Of a stretch of 64,000 nt of DNA, positions 18,206-28,012 are shown piece by piece. The position numbers and the translations under genes are program-made. Below the pieces are notes generated by a model, which did not search any database, was not told the DNA's origin, and saw only the letters and a program-made list of their open reading frames with translations. Position 1 is the first letter of the stretch. Each line of letters begins with the position of its first letter. This stretch comes from an uncultured Collinsella sp. (lineage in GTDB: Bacteria; Actinomycetota; Coriobacteriia; Coriobacteriales; Coriobacteriaceae). The stretch spans positions 20,499 through 84,498 of the forward strand of contig CAJLPX010000006.1 of the NCBI GenBank assembly GCA_905208635.1. Direction: 5' to 3'.

Positions 18206-18976
18206 TTATGACGCGGGGCAGACCGCAAAGACACGTGCGGGATATCCGACGCCATCACGCACCTTGGGGAAGGTGCAGAAGATGACGGCGCCCGTGGCGG
18301 GAAGCTCGTCTAGATGGTCCATGACCTCGATCTGATAGCGATCGACCGAGAGGATGTACTGTTCGCCGGGGTAGGGGTAGGCGTCCTCACGCGTGGTCAC
18401 GCTCGCCGGGTCGGTGTCAGCCGGCTCGTGGCCGATGGCGCCGATGTCGCGCTCTTCAACGAGCCACTTGATGGCGTCGAGGTCCCAGCCGGGGTAGTGG
18501 GGCTGGCCGTCCTCGTCCTTGTTCTCGAGGTCGGCGAGCTTGGACCAGTCGGAGCGGAAGGCGACGAAAGCGTCCTCGGGAATGCGACCGTGCTCATCCT
18601 CCCAAGCTTTGAGGTCCTCGATGGTCAGGATAAAGTCGGGATTCGCGGCGCACTCCTCGTGCTTGTCGATCACGCAGAGCGGATGCATAAACTCGATGGG
18701 TTCAATCTCTCCAAGGGAACGGCCGTCAACATGGAAGTGGCGCGGTGCGTCGACATGCGTGCCGTACTGCGAAGCAACCGAATACTGGAAGCAACGCATG
18801 GGGGCGAGCATGTCCTCGGGCGTGCCGGGCAGGTAGTCGAAGAGCTTGGTGGACTCAAACGGCTTAAAGCCAAACCAGTGCGGGGTGTCGCATGAGAGCG
18901 TGTGGGTGAGGTCGACCCAGCGATAATCGTTGCTTTTGAGCTGGGAGGCGAGGTTCCAAAGGTCGAGCGCGGGCAT
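18206..18976 (-). CDS. Putative cyclase / kynurenine-formamidase-like family protein
   Basis: The HWFGF.. and QYGTHVDAPRHF motifs are typical of the cyclase (arylformamidase-like) fold. Confidence 0.7.
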   Translation of the reverse strand: MPALDLWNLASQLKSNDYRWVDLTHTLSCDTPHWFGFKPFESTKLFDYLPGTPEDMLAPMRCFQYSVASQYGTHVDAPRHFHVDGRSLGEIEPIEFMHPLCVIDKHEECAANPDFILTIEDLKAWEDEHGRIPEDAFVAFRSDWSKLADLENKDEDGQPHYPGWDLDAIKWLVEERDIGAIGHEPADTDPASVTTREDAYPYPGEQYILSVDRYQIEVMDHLDELPATGAVIFCTFPKVRDGVGYPARVFAVCPAS

Positions 18977-19139
18977 GGGCGGCTCCTTTCATCGGGCTTT
19001 TTGCTGATGTTAAAGCGGTGCCGTGACAGCTCGATTTCTGCTGCGTTACGATACGTTCTCGATTGCGATTCCACGATGTTTCGGCCGCGTGACCATTGTG
19101 TTTCGCCTTGCCGGGGCGCTGATGGCGAAAGGAGGGGCC

Positions 19140-20330
19140 GTGCAATATCGCGTTGACCCCAAAAGTGGTAACCGAATATCCGCTCTGGGTCTGGGCTGCA
19201 TGAGATTTCCCGGTGCGCCGGGACACCCCGATGCGAAGACAGCCGATGCCATCATTTCCCGTGCGGTGGAGCAGGGGATTAATTATCTGGATACCGCGTA
19301 TCTCTATCCCGGTAACGAGGTGTGCGTGGGCGCCTCACTTGAGCGCCTGGGTCTGCGCGACCGCGTGTTGCTCGCGACTAAGTTGCCGCACGCTTCGTGC
19401 AAGTGCGCGGAGGATTTCGACCGGTTCTTCGACGAGCAACTGCGCCGCCTGCGGACCGACCATATCGACTATTACCTTATGCACAACATCACTTCGCCCG
19501 CCCAGTGGGAGCGCGTGGTGGCGTTGGGCATCGAAGACTGGATTGCGCACCAAAAGGCTGCGGGGCGTATTCGCCAGATAGGTTTTTCGTATCACGGCAG
19601 TGCGGCGGACTTCCTGACGATGCTCGACGCGTATGACTGGGATTTTTGCCAGATTCAGTACAACTACGCTGGAGAGCGCTACCAAGCGGGAACGGCGGGA
19701 CTTATAGCAGCCGCCGAGTGCGGGCTCGCGGTGTTTGTGATGGAACCGCTTTTGGGCGGACGCCTGGCGGGCAAGCTGCCTCCGCGGGCCCGCGCCGTGC
19801 TCGATGACGTACGCGATCCGTACCTGAAGACGCCGGCTGCTTGGGGCCTTTCGTGGGTGTGGAACCATCCTCAAGTCACGATGCTGCTTTCGGGCATGAC
19901 CGATACCGCGCAGGTGGACGAGAACGCGGTGCTGGCCGATCGGGCCCTGCCGGATTCGATGACAGCCGCTCAGCTCGATACCATCGCACGCGTGCTGGCG
20001 GAGTTTGAAAAATCGAATCGCGTGCCCTGCACGGGATGCGGCTACTGCATGCCATGTCCCAAGGGTATTAACATTCCCGGCTGCTTTGCCGCTTACAACG
20101 CGAGCTATGCGCACAGCTGGTTTACGGGGCTGTCGCAATACTTTACGGCGAGCGCGGTGCGCACGAGCGAGCCCAAGCTCGTGAGCAATTGCGTCAAGTG
20201 TGGCAAATGTGCGCGTCACTGCCCGCAACACATCGATATCCCCGAGCGTCTCGACGACGCGCGCCGACGTTTCCAGCCTGGCCCCGTGACGGCGGTGCTC
20301 AAGGCCTTCGGCAAAACTCGCTCCTCATGA
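19140..20330 (+). CDS. Aldo/keto reductase fused to a C-terminal 4Fe-4S ferredoxin-type domain
   Basis: LGLGCMRF, INYLDTAYLY and two CxxCxxCxxxCP clusters (CTGCGYCMPCP, CVKCGKCARHCP). GTG 19140 sits 3 nt after AAAGGAGGG. ATG 19122 is an alternative start. Confidence 0.8.
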   Translation: MQYRVDPKSGNRISALGLGCMRFPGAPGHPDAKTADAIISRAVEQGINYLDTAYLYPGNEVCVGASLERLGLRDRVLLATKLPHASCKCAEDFDRFFDEQLRRLRTDHIDYYLMHNITSPAQWERVVALGIEDWIAHQKAAGRIRQIGFSYHGSAADFLTMLDAYDWDFCQIQYNYAGERYQAGTAGLIAAAECGLAVFVMEPLLGGRLAGKLPPRARAVLDDVRDPYLKTPAAWGLSWVWNHPQVTMLLSGMTDTAQVDENAVLADRALPDSMTAAQLDTIARVLAEFEKSNRVPCTGCGYCMPCPKGINIPGCFAAYNASYAHSWFTGLSQYFTASAVRTSEPKLVSNCVKCGKCARHCPQHIDIPERLDDARRRFQPGPVTAVLKAFGKTRSS

Positions 20331-20416
20331 CCCTTTTATATCTTGTGATGGAATAGTTCCTGTTTGCGGAAGAATAGGGCGATAGCAGGAACTATTTCGT
20401 CGCAACTGAAGGGGGG
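20331..20416 (+). repeat. Intergenic hairpin element, copy 1 (ends at the SD of the downstream gene)
   Basis: CCCTTTTATATC, then a 20-bp stem (20343-20362 / 20386-20405) with a 23-nt loop, then CTGAAGGGGGG. It is homologous to 21491-21577. Confidence 0.8.
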
Positions 20417-20421
20417 CTGTC

Positions 20422-21441
20422 GTGGGCCATCGGGATTCATGTGATGATTTGCGTGAGGTTCGTTGGGGCGTTTTGGGCGCTGGGCACATTTCGCATCGAT
20501 TTGCATCGTCGCTCAAGAAGGTCGACGAGGCACGGCTGGTGGCTGCGGCCGGCCGCACTCCTGCACATGTCGAGGAATTTTGTCGAGCGTTTTCGATTGA
20601 TGCCGCGCACAGTTATGCCACGGCTGACGATAGCGGCGATGCGGCTTATGATGCGTTGATTGCCGATCCCGATGTCGATGCAATCTACTTGGCTATTCCG
20701 CATGGCATGCATACGCATTGGGCTTGTCGGGCACTGCGCGCGGGAAAGGCCGTGCTGTGCGAAAAGCCGGCCGTTTTGAATGAAGAAGAGGCCCATGCGA
20801 TCGCCTCTGTTTCCCGTGAGTGCGGTGTGCCGTTTATGGAGGCGATGAAAAATCGGTTTTGTCCGATGCATACTCGCGTGAAGGGTTTGCTTGCGTCGGG
20901 CGAGCTCGGCTGTATCGTCTCGATCGAAAGCGTGCAAAAACTCGATTATGGTGAGTCCCCTTCGAGTTATCTGCTCGATCCGTTGCAGGGTGGCTGTCTA
21001 TATGACATGGGCTGCTATGCGGTCGGGTGGTTTGAGGATTTGCTTGCGGGTGCGTGCGATGTTTCGTCTCGTGAAGTTCGCTGGCGTGACGTATTAGGCG
21101 GCCGCGTGGATTGGGCCGATGAGATCCATATGAGTGTCGGCGGTATACCCATTCATATGGTGTGCGACGGCAAAGCAGCATATGAAAGCCGCTTAATGAT
21201 TGCTTGCGAACGGGGTTCGGTGGAAATCGAGCGCCTCCATCGCCCCGAGCTCGCCCATGTGAAGTACTCCGACGGACGAATGCTCGAAATTAATGCCCCG
21301 TTTGATGTCGATGATTTCTACGGCGAAATTCAGCATGCGACGCAGCTCGTCCAGACGGGAGAGCTTGAAAGCCCCGTTATGCCTCTTGCCGCCACGCAGC
21401 GCTGCGCGCAGATAATCGATGCGATTCGCTTGACGCTCTAG
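20422..21441 (+). CDS. Gfo/Idh/MocA-family oxidoreductase
   Basis: VRWGVLGAGHISHRFASSL Rossmann N-terminus and an EKPA block. GTG start sits behind AAGGGGGG. Confidence 0.8.
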   Translation: MGHRDSCDDLREVRWGVLGAGHISHRFASSLKKVDEARLVAAAGRTPAHVEEFCRAFSIDAAHSYATADDSGDAAYDALIADPDVDAIYLAIPHGMHTHWACRALRAGKAVLCEKPAVLNEEEAHAIASVSRECGVPFMEAMKNRFCPMHTRVKGLLASGELGCIVSIESVQKLDYGESPSSYLLDPLQGGCLYDMGCYAVGWFEDLLAGACDVSSREVRWRDVLGGRVDWADEIHMSVGGIPIHMVCDGKAAYESRLMIACERGSVEIERLHRPELAHVKYSDGRMLEINAPFDVDDFYGEIQHATQLVQTGELESPVMPLAATQRCAQIIDAIRLTL

Positions 21442-21490
21442 GCTGCGGTGCTGGTGCTCAAGGGGGCTCGGCGGACCTTGCCCCTGATGC

Positions 21491-21577
21491 CCCTTTTATA
21501 TCTTGCGGTGGAATACGGTCTGTTTGCGCCAAAATAAGGCACCAATAGACCGTATTTCACCGCAACTGATGAGGGGG
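21491..21577 (+). repeat. Intergenic hairpin element, copy 2 (ends at the SD of nfo)
   Basis: Same flanks as copy 1 (CCCTTTTATATC .. CGCAACTGA). 19-bp stem (21503-21521 / 21547-21565) with a 25-nt loop. Confidence 0.8.
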
Positions 21578-21585
21578 AGTTGGAG

Positions 21586-22452
21586 ATGCTGACGATCGGG
21601 TGTCATCTTTCGACGACGAAGGGCTATCGGGCGATGGGGGAGACGGCGTTGTCCATTGGCGCCAATACCTTTGCGTTCTTTACGCGCAACCCGCGCGGTG
21701 GCAAGGCAAAAGACTTTGACATGGATGACGTGGCGGCTCTGCGCGAGCTTATGGCACAAAACGACTTTGGACCGCTGGTGGCGCATGCCCCGTATACCTA
21801 TAACCCCTGCTCGGCCAAAGAGCGGGCGCGCGAGTTTGCCCTGGAGGCCATGGCAGAGGACCTGCGGCGCATGGAAGCGCTGCCCGGCAACTACTACAAT
21901 TTTCACCCCGGTGCGCATGTGGGACAGGGGGCGGACGCCGGCATTCAGATGATTGTCGACACACTGTGCCAGGTGATGTTTGAGGGGCAGCAGACGACGG
22001 TATTGCTCGAGACCATGGCAGGCAAGGGCACCGAGGTGGGCCGTAGCTTTGAAGAGCTGGCGTGCATTATCGAGGGCGTTGCCGCCAAGTGCCCAGAGCT
22101 GTCCGATAAGCTGGGCGTTTGTTTGGACACCTGCCATGTGAACGATGCCGGCTACGACATCATCCATGATCTGGACGGCGTACTCGACGAGTTCGATCGC
22201 GTGGTGGGTATCGATCGCTTGCATGCTGTACACATCAACGATTCGAAGAACCCTTGTGGCGCCCATAAAGATCGTCACGAGTGCATCGGCAAGGGATACC
22301 TTGGCAGCGAGGAATTTGGTGGCGGTATGCAGGTTATGCAGAATATTGTATCGAATGGCCGTTTGCGTTCACTGCCGTTTATTTTGGAGACTCCGAACGA
22401 ACTTGCAGGTTATGCAGCTGAAATTAGACTATTAAGGTCATTGCAGCAGTAA
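21586..22452 (+). CDS. nfo: Endonuclease IV (deoxyribonuclease IV)
   Basis: MLTIGCHLS.., AHAPY, HPG, LETMAG, CLDTCH and VHINDSK metal-site blocks. ATG 21586 sits behind GAGGGGGA. The track starts at TTG 21580. Confidence 0.9.
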   Translation: MLTIGCHLSTTKGYRAMGETALSIGANTFAFFTRNPRGGKAKDFDMDDVAALRELMAQNDFGPLVAHAPYTYNPCSAKERAREFALEAMAEDLRRMEALPGNYYNFHPGAHVGQGADAGIQMIVDTLCQVMFEGQQTTVLLETMAGKGTEVGRSFEELACIIEGVAAKCPELSDKLGVCLDTCHVNDAGYDIIHDLDGVLDEFDRVVGIDRLHAVHINDSKNPCGAHKDRHECIGKGYLGSEEFGGGMQVMQNIVSNGRLRSLPFILETPNELAGYAAEIRLLRSLQQ

Positions 22453-22599
22453 TGACTGTCATAAAGTAGAGTATTCCATTCACGTTATGGGTTTGTTTCA
22501 ATCAGTTTTCTCATTGCAGATTCGTAATTCCGGGTGCATAATAGCCAACAGTTTTTGCAGACCTCTGAATCAAACGAGGTCACCGGAAGGAGACTGATT

Positions 22600-23460
22600 A
22601 TGAAGCTCAAGAAGCTTGGCGCATTTGCCGCCACGGGTGCCATGGCGCTCGCCCTTGCTCTGACGGGCTGCGGCTCGTCCAACGCCACCTCTGGTTCTGA
22701 TGCCGGTTCCAGCAGCTCTGACGACGCTAAGGTCGAGAAGGTCGACGGCTCCAAGGAGTACGCACTCGTCAAGGACGGCACGCTGACCGTCGGCACCTCT
22801 GCCGAGTACGCCCCGTTTGAGTACAAGGACGACAACGGCGATTATCAGGGCTTTGACCTTGAGCTTATCAAGGCTATCGGCGACAAGCTGGGCCTGGATG
22901 TCGAGTACGTCAACAATGACTTTGACACGCTGGTTCCGGGCGTCGCTTCGGGTGCCAAGTATGACGTCTCCATCGCGGCTATCACTGACACGCCCGAGCG
23001 TGAGAAGGAAGTCACTTTCTCCGATTCCTACTACATGGACGATCAGGCCATCGTGACCAAGGTCGATAACGCCGACATCACGGCTGACAACTACAGCGAG
23101 AAGCTCAACAACGCCGACGCTACCATCATCGTCCAGTCTGGCTCGACCGCCGAGGCCTTTGCCCAGGAGAACTTCCCCAAGGCCAAGATCGTCCCCTACA
23201 AGGATGCTACCGAGTGCTTCAGCGCCTTGCAGTCCGATAAGGGTGACGCCGTAGTCACCAACCGCTCCGTTGCCAGCCAGCTGACCGCCGAGCAGTTCAA
23301 CACCTGCCAGACCATCAAGCAGATCAGCACCGGCGAGGAGTACGCCATCGCCATCAACCAGGGCAACACCAAGCTCAAGGACGACATCAACCAGGCCATC
23401 AAGGACCTGACCGATGACGGTACCGTTGACGCCCTCATGGCTAAGTACAACATCAAGTAA
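22600..23460 (+). CDS. Amino-acid ABC transporter substrate-binding lipoprotein
   Basis: Lipobox LALTGC after MKLKKLGAFAATGAMALA, followed by a family-3 SBP pattern (GFDLELIKAIG, AAITDTPER). SD GGAAGGAG. Confidence 0.85.
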   Translation: MKLKKLGAFAATGAMALALALTGCGSSNATSGSDAGSSSSDDAKVEKVDGSKEYALVKDGTLTVGTSAEYAPFEYKDDNGDYQGFDLELIKAIGDKLGLDVEYVNNDFDTLVPGVASGAKYDVSIAAITDTPEREKEVTFSDSYYMDDQAIVTKVDNADITADNYSEKLNNADATIIVQSGSTAEAFAQENFPKAKIVPYKDATECFSALQSDKGDAVVTNRSVASQLTAEQFNTCQTIKQISTGEEYAIAINQGNTKLKDDINQAIKDLTDDGTVDALMAKYNIK

Positions 23461-23577
23461 AATAGCTACTTGATTGTGCGCGGGCCCTTTCCGTTTTGCG
23501 GAGAGGGCCTTTGCGCTTCTCTTGACGGAGAGTGTTTCCGTCTCGTTTTGCCGGCAACTTCTACGATAGGAGCCACC

Positions 23578-24939
23578 TTGTCTCGACTGAACAAAGGGGC
23601 CGCGGAGCAGCGTTTTTCACTGCCCGCCTTGCTCCAAAAGCTAGCCTGCGTCATGGCCGTGGCGCTCGCGCTGGTGTGCGCGGGGGCATATGCGCCCACG
23701 ACCGCCCAGGCGCTTGAGACCGCAAAGATTACCGCCCGACCCAACACCGGTTCGGGCAGCGCTGTGGTCGGCGGCACCGAGACGCGCATTACCTGGGAAG
23801 TTCAGGCCGATGCCGACGAGGAGCTGAGCGGTCTTTCTTTGACGTTTGTCGACGGCACGACGTTTGGTACCGATGACACGCGATTGACGATGCTCTCGGG
23901 CGAGGACCTCATGGATCGTACGCCCATGAAACCCACGTGCAAGGCTGACGGCCAGACGCTCAAGATCGATTTTGGCGAGACGGCGCCTGCCGGCGGCTTT
24001 TTCCGTGTCGAGGTTTACGGCGTGACCTTCCCCGTCGAGGGCGGCGATGAGGCCTTTAGCGGCACCTATACGCTCGCCGACGGGTCGACCAAGAAGATCT
24101 CCAAGATTCCGTCGGTGGAGATCAAGGGCGTGACGGCCTTCGATAACTTCTTGGCCGACCTTAAAGAGCAGCCGTGGGTCGAGGCCTGGAACTCCAATAT
24201 GTTCCTGCGCCTGTTCCTGAACCCGGTCATTTTGGTCCAGAGCCTGCCGATCGTCTTTAAGGGCTTCCTCATGTCGCTCTCGATCGTGCTCGTGGCGTTT
24301 CCGCTGGCAATTCCCTTCGGTTTTGCCCTGTCGCTCATGCGCATCTCCAAGTCGCGCATCCTGCGCTGCCTTGCCGGTATCTATGTGAATATCATTCGCG
24401 GTACGCCGGCGTTCCTGCAGATCTACATCGCGTTCTTCGGTCTGCCGTTGGCCGGCGTCAAGGTGGACGACTATGTCTTGGGCGTTATCGTCATGGCCAT
24501 GAACTCGTCTGCGTACCTGTGCGAGATCTTCCGTGCCGGTATTCAATCAATCCCCAAGGGCCAAAACGAGGCTGCTCGCTCTCTGGGCATGAATGCCTTC
24601 CAGACGCTGCTCTACGTTATGATTCCGCAGACGTTCCGCAATGTTTTGCCTACGCTGACCAGCGAGTTTATCTTGCTTTACAAGGATACGTCGCTGCTTG
24701 CCGCCGTGGGTGTGGTCGAGATCGTCATGAACGCCCGTACCATCGTGGCCACGACGGGCTCCATTACACCGTACGTGGTTGCCGCTCTGTTCTATCTGGT
24801 CATCACCCTGCCGCTCGCTCGCTTGGTGAGCGGTCTTGAGGCGAGGCTTTTGGGCACGGCCGAGACCAAGAAGAAGCGACCCGCCAAGAGCGCCGGACAG
24901 GTTGTCGCGACGCCTGCCGATCACATCGCCGGTCTGTAA
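23578..24939 (+). CDS. Amino-acid ABC permease (His/Glu/Gln/Arg/opine 3-TM type) with an extra N-terminal domain of about 200 aa
   Basis: The C-terminal half carries the EAA-type loop (EAARSLGMNAFQTLLYVMIPQ). The N-terminal half has a signal-like TM and then a soluble region. The proposed TTG 23578 behind AGGAG is uncertain. Confidence 0.8.
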   Translation: MSRLNKGAAEQRFSLPALLQKLACVMAVALALVCAGAYAPTTAQALETAKITARPNTGSGSAVVGGTETRITWEVQADADEELSGLSLTFVDGTTFGTDDTRLTMLSGEDLMDRTPMKPTCKADGQTLKIDFGETAPAGGFFRVEVYGVTFPVEGGDEAFSGTYTLADGSTKKISKIPSVEIKGVTAFDNFLADLKEQPWVEAWNSNMFLRLFLNPVILVQSLPIVFKGFLMSLSIVLVAFPLAIPFGFALSLMRISKSRILRCLAGIYVNIIRGTPAFLQIYIAFFGLPLAGVKVDDYVLGVIVMAMNSSAYLCEIFRAGIQSIPKGQNEAARSLGMNAFQTLLYVMIPQTFRNVLPTLTSEFILLYKDTSLLAAVGVVEIVMNARTIVATTGSITPYVVAALFYLVITLPLARLVSGLEARLLGTAETKKKRPAKSAGQVVATPADHIAGL

Positions 24940-24951
24940 GGAGGTCCTATC

Positions 24952-25704
<753 letters not shown>

Positions 25705-25730
25705 CTGGTTCATGCGGCTGGCATTGCAGA

Positions 25731-25766
25731 AAACGGGGCTGGACATGGATCCAGCCCCGTTTTTTG
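25731..25766. terminator. Terminator after the ABC operon
   Basis: Stem AACGGGGCTGG/CCAGCCCCGTT followed by TTTTT. Confidence 0.8.
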
Positions 25767-25820
25767 TTGGGATGTCGATAATTTTAGCTTGAGTCCCTTC
25801 TGCCGGGCTCGGTGGTGCTG

Positions 25821-26240
25821 CTAGGCAAGCTCGGCGCCAAGGGCGCGGCAGGCAGCCTCAGCCTCCTCGTCGGGGGCGTCGTAGCAGATGACAGAATCGA
25901 CGACGTTAACGCCCACCTCGTCGGCATCCGCCTTCCAGTTGTCCATCCATTCGCCCTCGGCCCACGAATAAGAGCCAAAGAGGACGACCTTCTTGTCGCC
26001 GAGGGCTTCCTTGACTTCGTCCCACATCGGCTGGAACTCATCGTACTCGAGCTCCTCGGAGCCCATGGCGGGGCAGCCGAAGGCGAAGGCGTCATAGCCG
26101 GTGGCCTTGTCGGCGGAGAAGTCGGCGCAGGAGATGACCTCTGTCTCGGCGCCCGCGGACGTGGCGCCTTCGGCGACGAGGTTTGCCATGGCCTCGGTGT
26201 TGCCCGTGCCGCTCCAGTAGACGACGGCGATCTTGCTCAT
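25821..26240 (-). CDS. Short-chain flavodoxin
   Basis: MSKIAVVYWSGTGNTEAMA FMN-binding loop. Length 139 aa. Confidence 0.9.
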   Translation of the reverse strand: MSKIAVVYWSGTGNTEAMANLVAEGATSAGAETEVISCADFSADKATGYDAFAFGCPAMGSEELEYDEFQPMWDEVKEALGDKKVVLFGSYSWAEGEWMDNWKADADEVGVNVVDSVICYDAPDEEAEAACRALGAELA

Positions 26241-26285
26241 GTTTTGTCCTTTCGGTCGTGCGGTGCTTGCCGCGGTTTGTACGTT

Positions 26286-26990
26286 CTATCGGGTTGCCTG
26301 GGCAAGTTGCGCCAGGCTGCAGCCCTGCTGATAGATAAAAGTGAAGTATTGGGTGCAGGCACGGTAGGCATCAAACGTCGCAAGCGCCTGCTCGACATTT
26401 GCGTAGACCTTCCAGGCCCCAAAGACCTTGTAGTTCTCGCCGCGCTGGACGATAAACTCGTGCACGTCGTCGTAGGGATATCCAAGGAAGTAGCCTATTT
26501 CGTGCGGAAACTCGCAGGTGCAGTCTTTGCTGCAGCTAGCTTGATAGTCCAATGCGCATCGGGTTTTACCGCATGCGCATTCCGCGGCGTTATTGCTCGC
26601 GAGCGTGATGCGTGATGCCAAATGCACAAGGCATGTCGAAAGGTCTCCCGTGTCGTAGCCTTCCGAGGCGAGCGCCGTTTGGGCGCGAGGGTCTGCGAAA
26701 TAGGTGGTGAGGCTTTTGGCTCGGTACACGTACACGAGCGCTCCGCAGGGCCGCCAGACCAAAACGCTCAGGTGGATGCCGAGCGGGTCAAGCTCGCTAT
26801 TGCACTGGGCGATAACGTCGAGCAGGCGTGCTCGGTGTTCTGCGATTGGCGCGGTCGCGCCCGAACCATCCTGATGGGCGTAGACGCCGGGATAGGTAAA
26901 GAGCGATGCCGGTTTGATGCCCGCGAGCGTGGGGGAGCAGTTGCGCACGACTGCTGCCTGAAACGTTGGGATGTCTATGGTTCGAGTCAC
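26286..26990 (-). CDS. DUF3793-like protein
   Basis: The LAGIKPASLF and FPHEIGYFLGYPYDDV blocks are recalled as typical of DUF3793. It lies immediately upstream of flavodoxin on the same strand. Confidence 0.45.
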   Translation of the reverse strand: MTRTIDIPTFQAAVVRNCSPTLAGIKPASLFTYPGVYAHQDGSGATAPIAEHRARLLDVIAQCNSELDPLGIHLSVLVWRPCGALVYVYRAKSLTTYFADPRAQTALASEGYDTGDLSTCLVHLASRITLASNNAAECACGKTRCALDYQASCSKDCTCEFPHEIGYFLGYPYDDVHEFIVQRGENYKVFGAWKVYANVEQALATFDAYRACTQYFTFIYQQGCSLAQLAQATR

Positions 26991-27164
26991 GGCGCTCCTT
27001 ACCGATCTAAACTGTTAGCCAAGGAAAACTTATACACGAAAGTAAGCCTTGTTCAACTAAAAAGTTTGAAGAGGGAAACTAATTGATCGAACGGACATGA
27101 TTTTGGGTTAAGATGGGGACACCCCATGGGGGTATCTAGATAGAGCTACTTGAAAGGGGAACGC

Positions 27165-27548
27165 ATGAGTGATTTGCTCAACCCTGCGAATCTCATCGTG
27201 CTGGCCGTCATTGCCGTCGGCATGTTTTTTGGACTGCGTCGCATTGCCGCTTCGACACACGGGAAGAGTTGTTGCAGCGATGGTGCGAGCGGTAAGAAGG
27301 CCAAGAAGGTAGTGGTTGCGGATACCGATCCGTCCCACTACCCCTATAGCGATGAGTTGCTCATCGGCGGTATGAGCTGTGACGGCTGCGCTCAGAATGT
27401 GGCCAATGCCCTCAATGCGCTGAATGGTGTGTGGGCAACGGTAACGTACGCGGACCACACAGCGCGCGTGCGCTCCAAGCGGCCAATCGATCGCGGTGTC
27501 CTTGAGGCGGCCGTGAGAGATGCGGGCTACTACGTCATGACGCTGTAG
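27165..27548 (+). CDS. Membrane-anchored heavy-metal-associated (HMA) domain protein
   Basis: N-terminal TM plus a Cys-rich stretch (GKSCCSDG), then an HMA fold with GMSCDGC. ATG 27165 sits behind AGGGGAA. Confidence 0.7.
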   Translation: MSDLLNPANLIVLAVIAVGMFFGLRRIAASTHGKSCCSDGASGKKAKKVVVADTDPSHYPYSDELLIGGMSCDGCAQNVANALNALNGVWATVTYADHTARVRSKRPIDRGVLEAAVRDAGYYVMTL

Positions 27549-27574
27549 GCCTTGCCTTGGATGCGCGTCCTTGT

Positions 27575-28012
27575 CTAGGCTCGTCCGCGTAGTTCGATGT
27601 CTTGGATGTCGTCGAAGTCGATGGCGATGCCTCGGAGCTTGAGGAGCTTGAAGGCGGGGAGCGCCTCGTCGAGGATGCCGGTGCGGCTGCGATAGCCGTA
27701 TGTATCGTAATAGGTGACACGAACCAAGTCGCCACGTTTGAGACCCTCGAGTTTTTTAGAAAGCACGAGGGCTTTTTCTTCCGTGAGCTCACGTTTTGGC
27801 TCGACGGTGATTTCCTGCTTGCGCACGAGTTCGTAGTATCCCGTGAGGGCGGCAAAGGGCATAAACTGTGCGGCGCGGTTGGCGCGCACGGCACCGTTGG
27901 CAGTGAGGTTGGGGTCGGCGGCGCGGCGTCTGCCCTCGGGGTCCGCCAGGCGCTCGAAGGCGGTCGGCGGGCGCACGGGCTGTTGTTTGGGTTTAGGCAC
28001 GGTGTCCTCCAA
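27575..28012 (-). CDS. YolD-like protein, partner of a Y-family polymerase
   Basis: Size, position directly downstream of and overlapping the polymerase gene, and the FMPFAALTGY motif are typical of YolD-like proteins. Confidence 0.6.
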   Translation of the reverse strand: MEDTVPKPKQQPVRPPTAFERLADPEGRRRAADPNLTANGAVRANRAAQFMPFAALTGYYELVRKQEITVEPKRELTEEKALVLSKKLEGLKRGDLVRVTYYDTYGYRSRTGILDEALPAFKLLKLRGIAIDFDDIQDIELRGRA

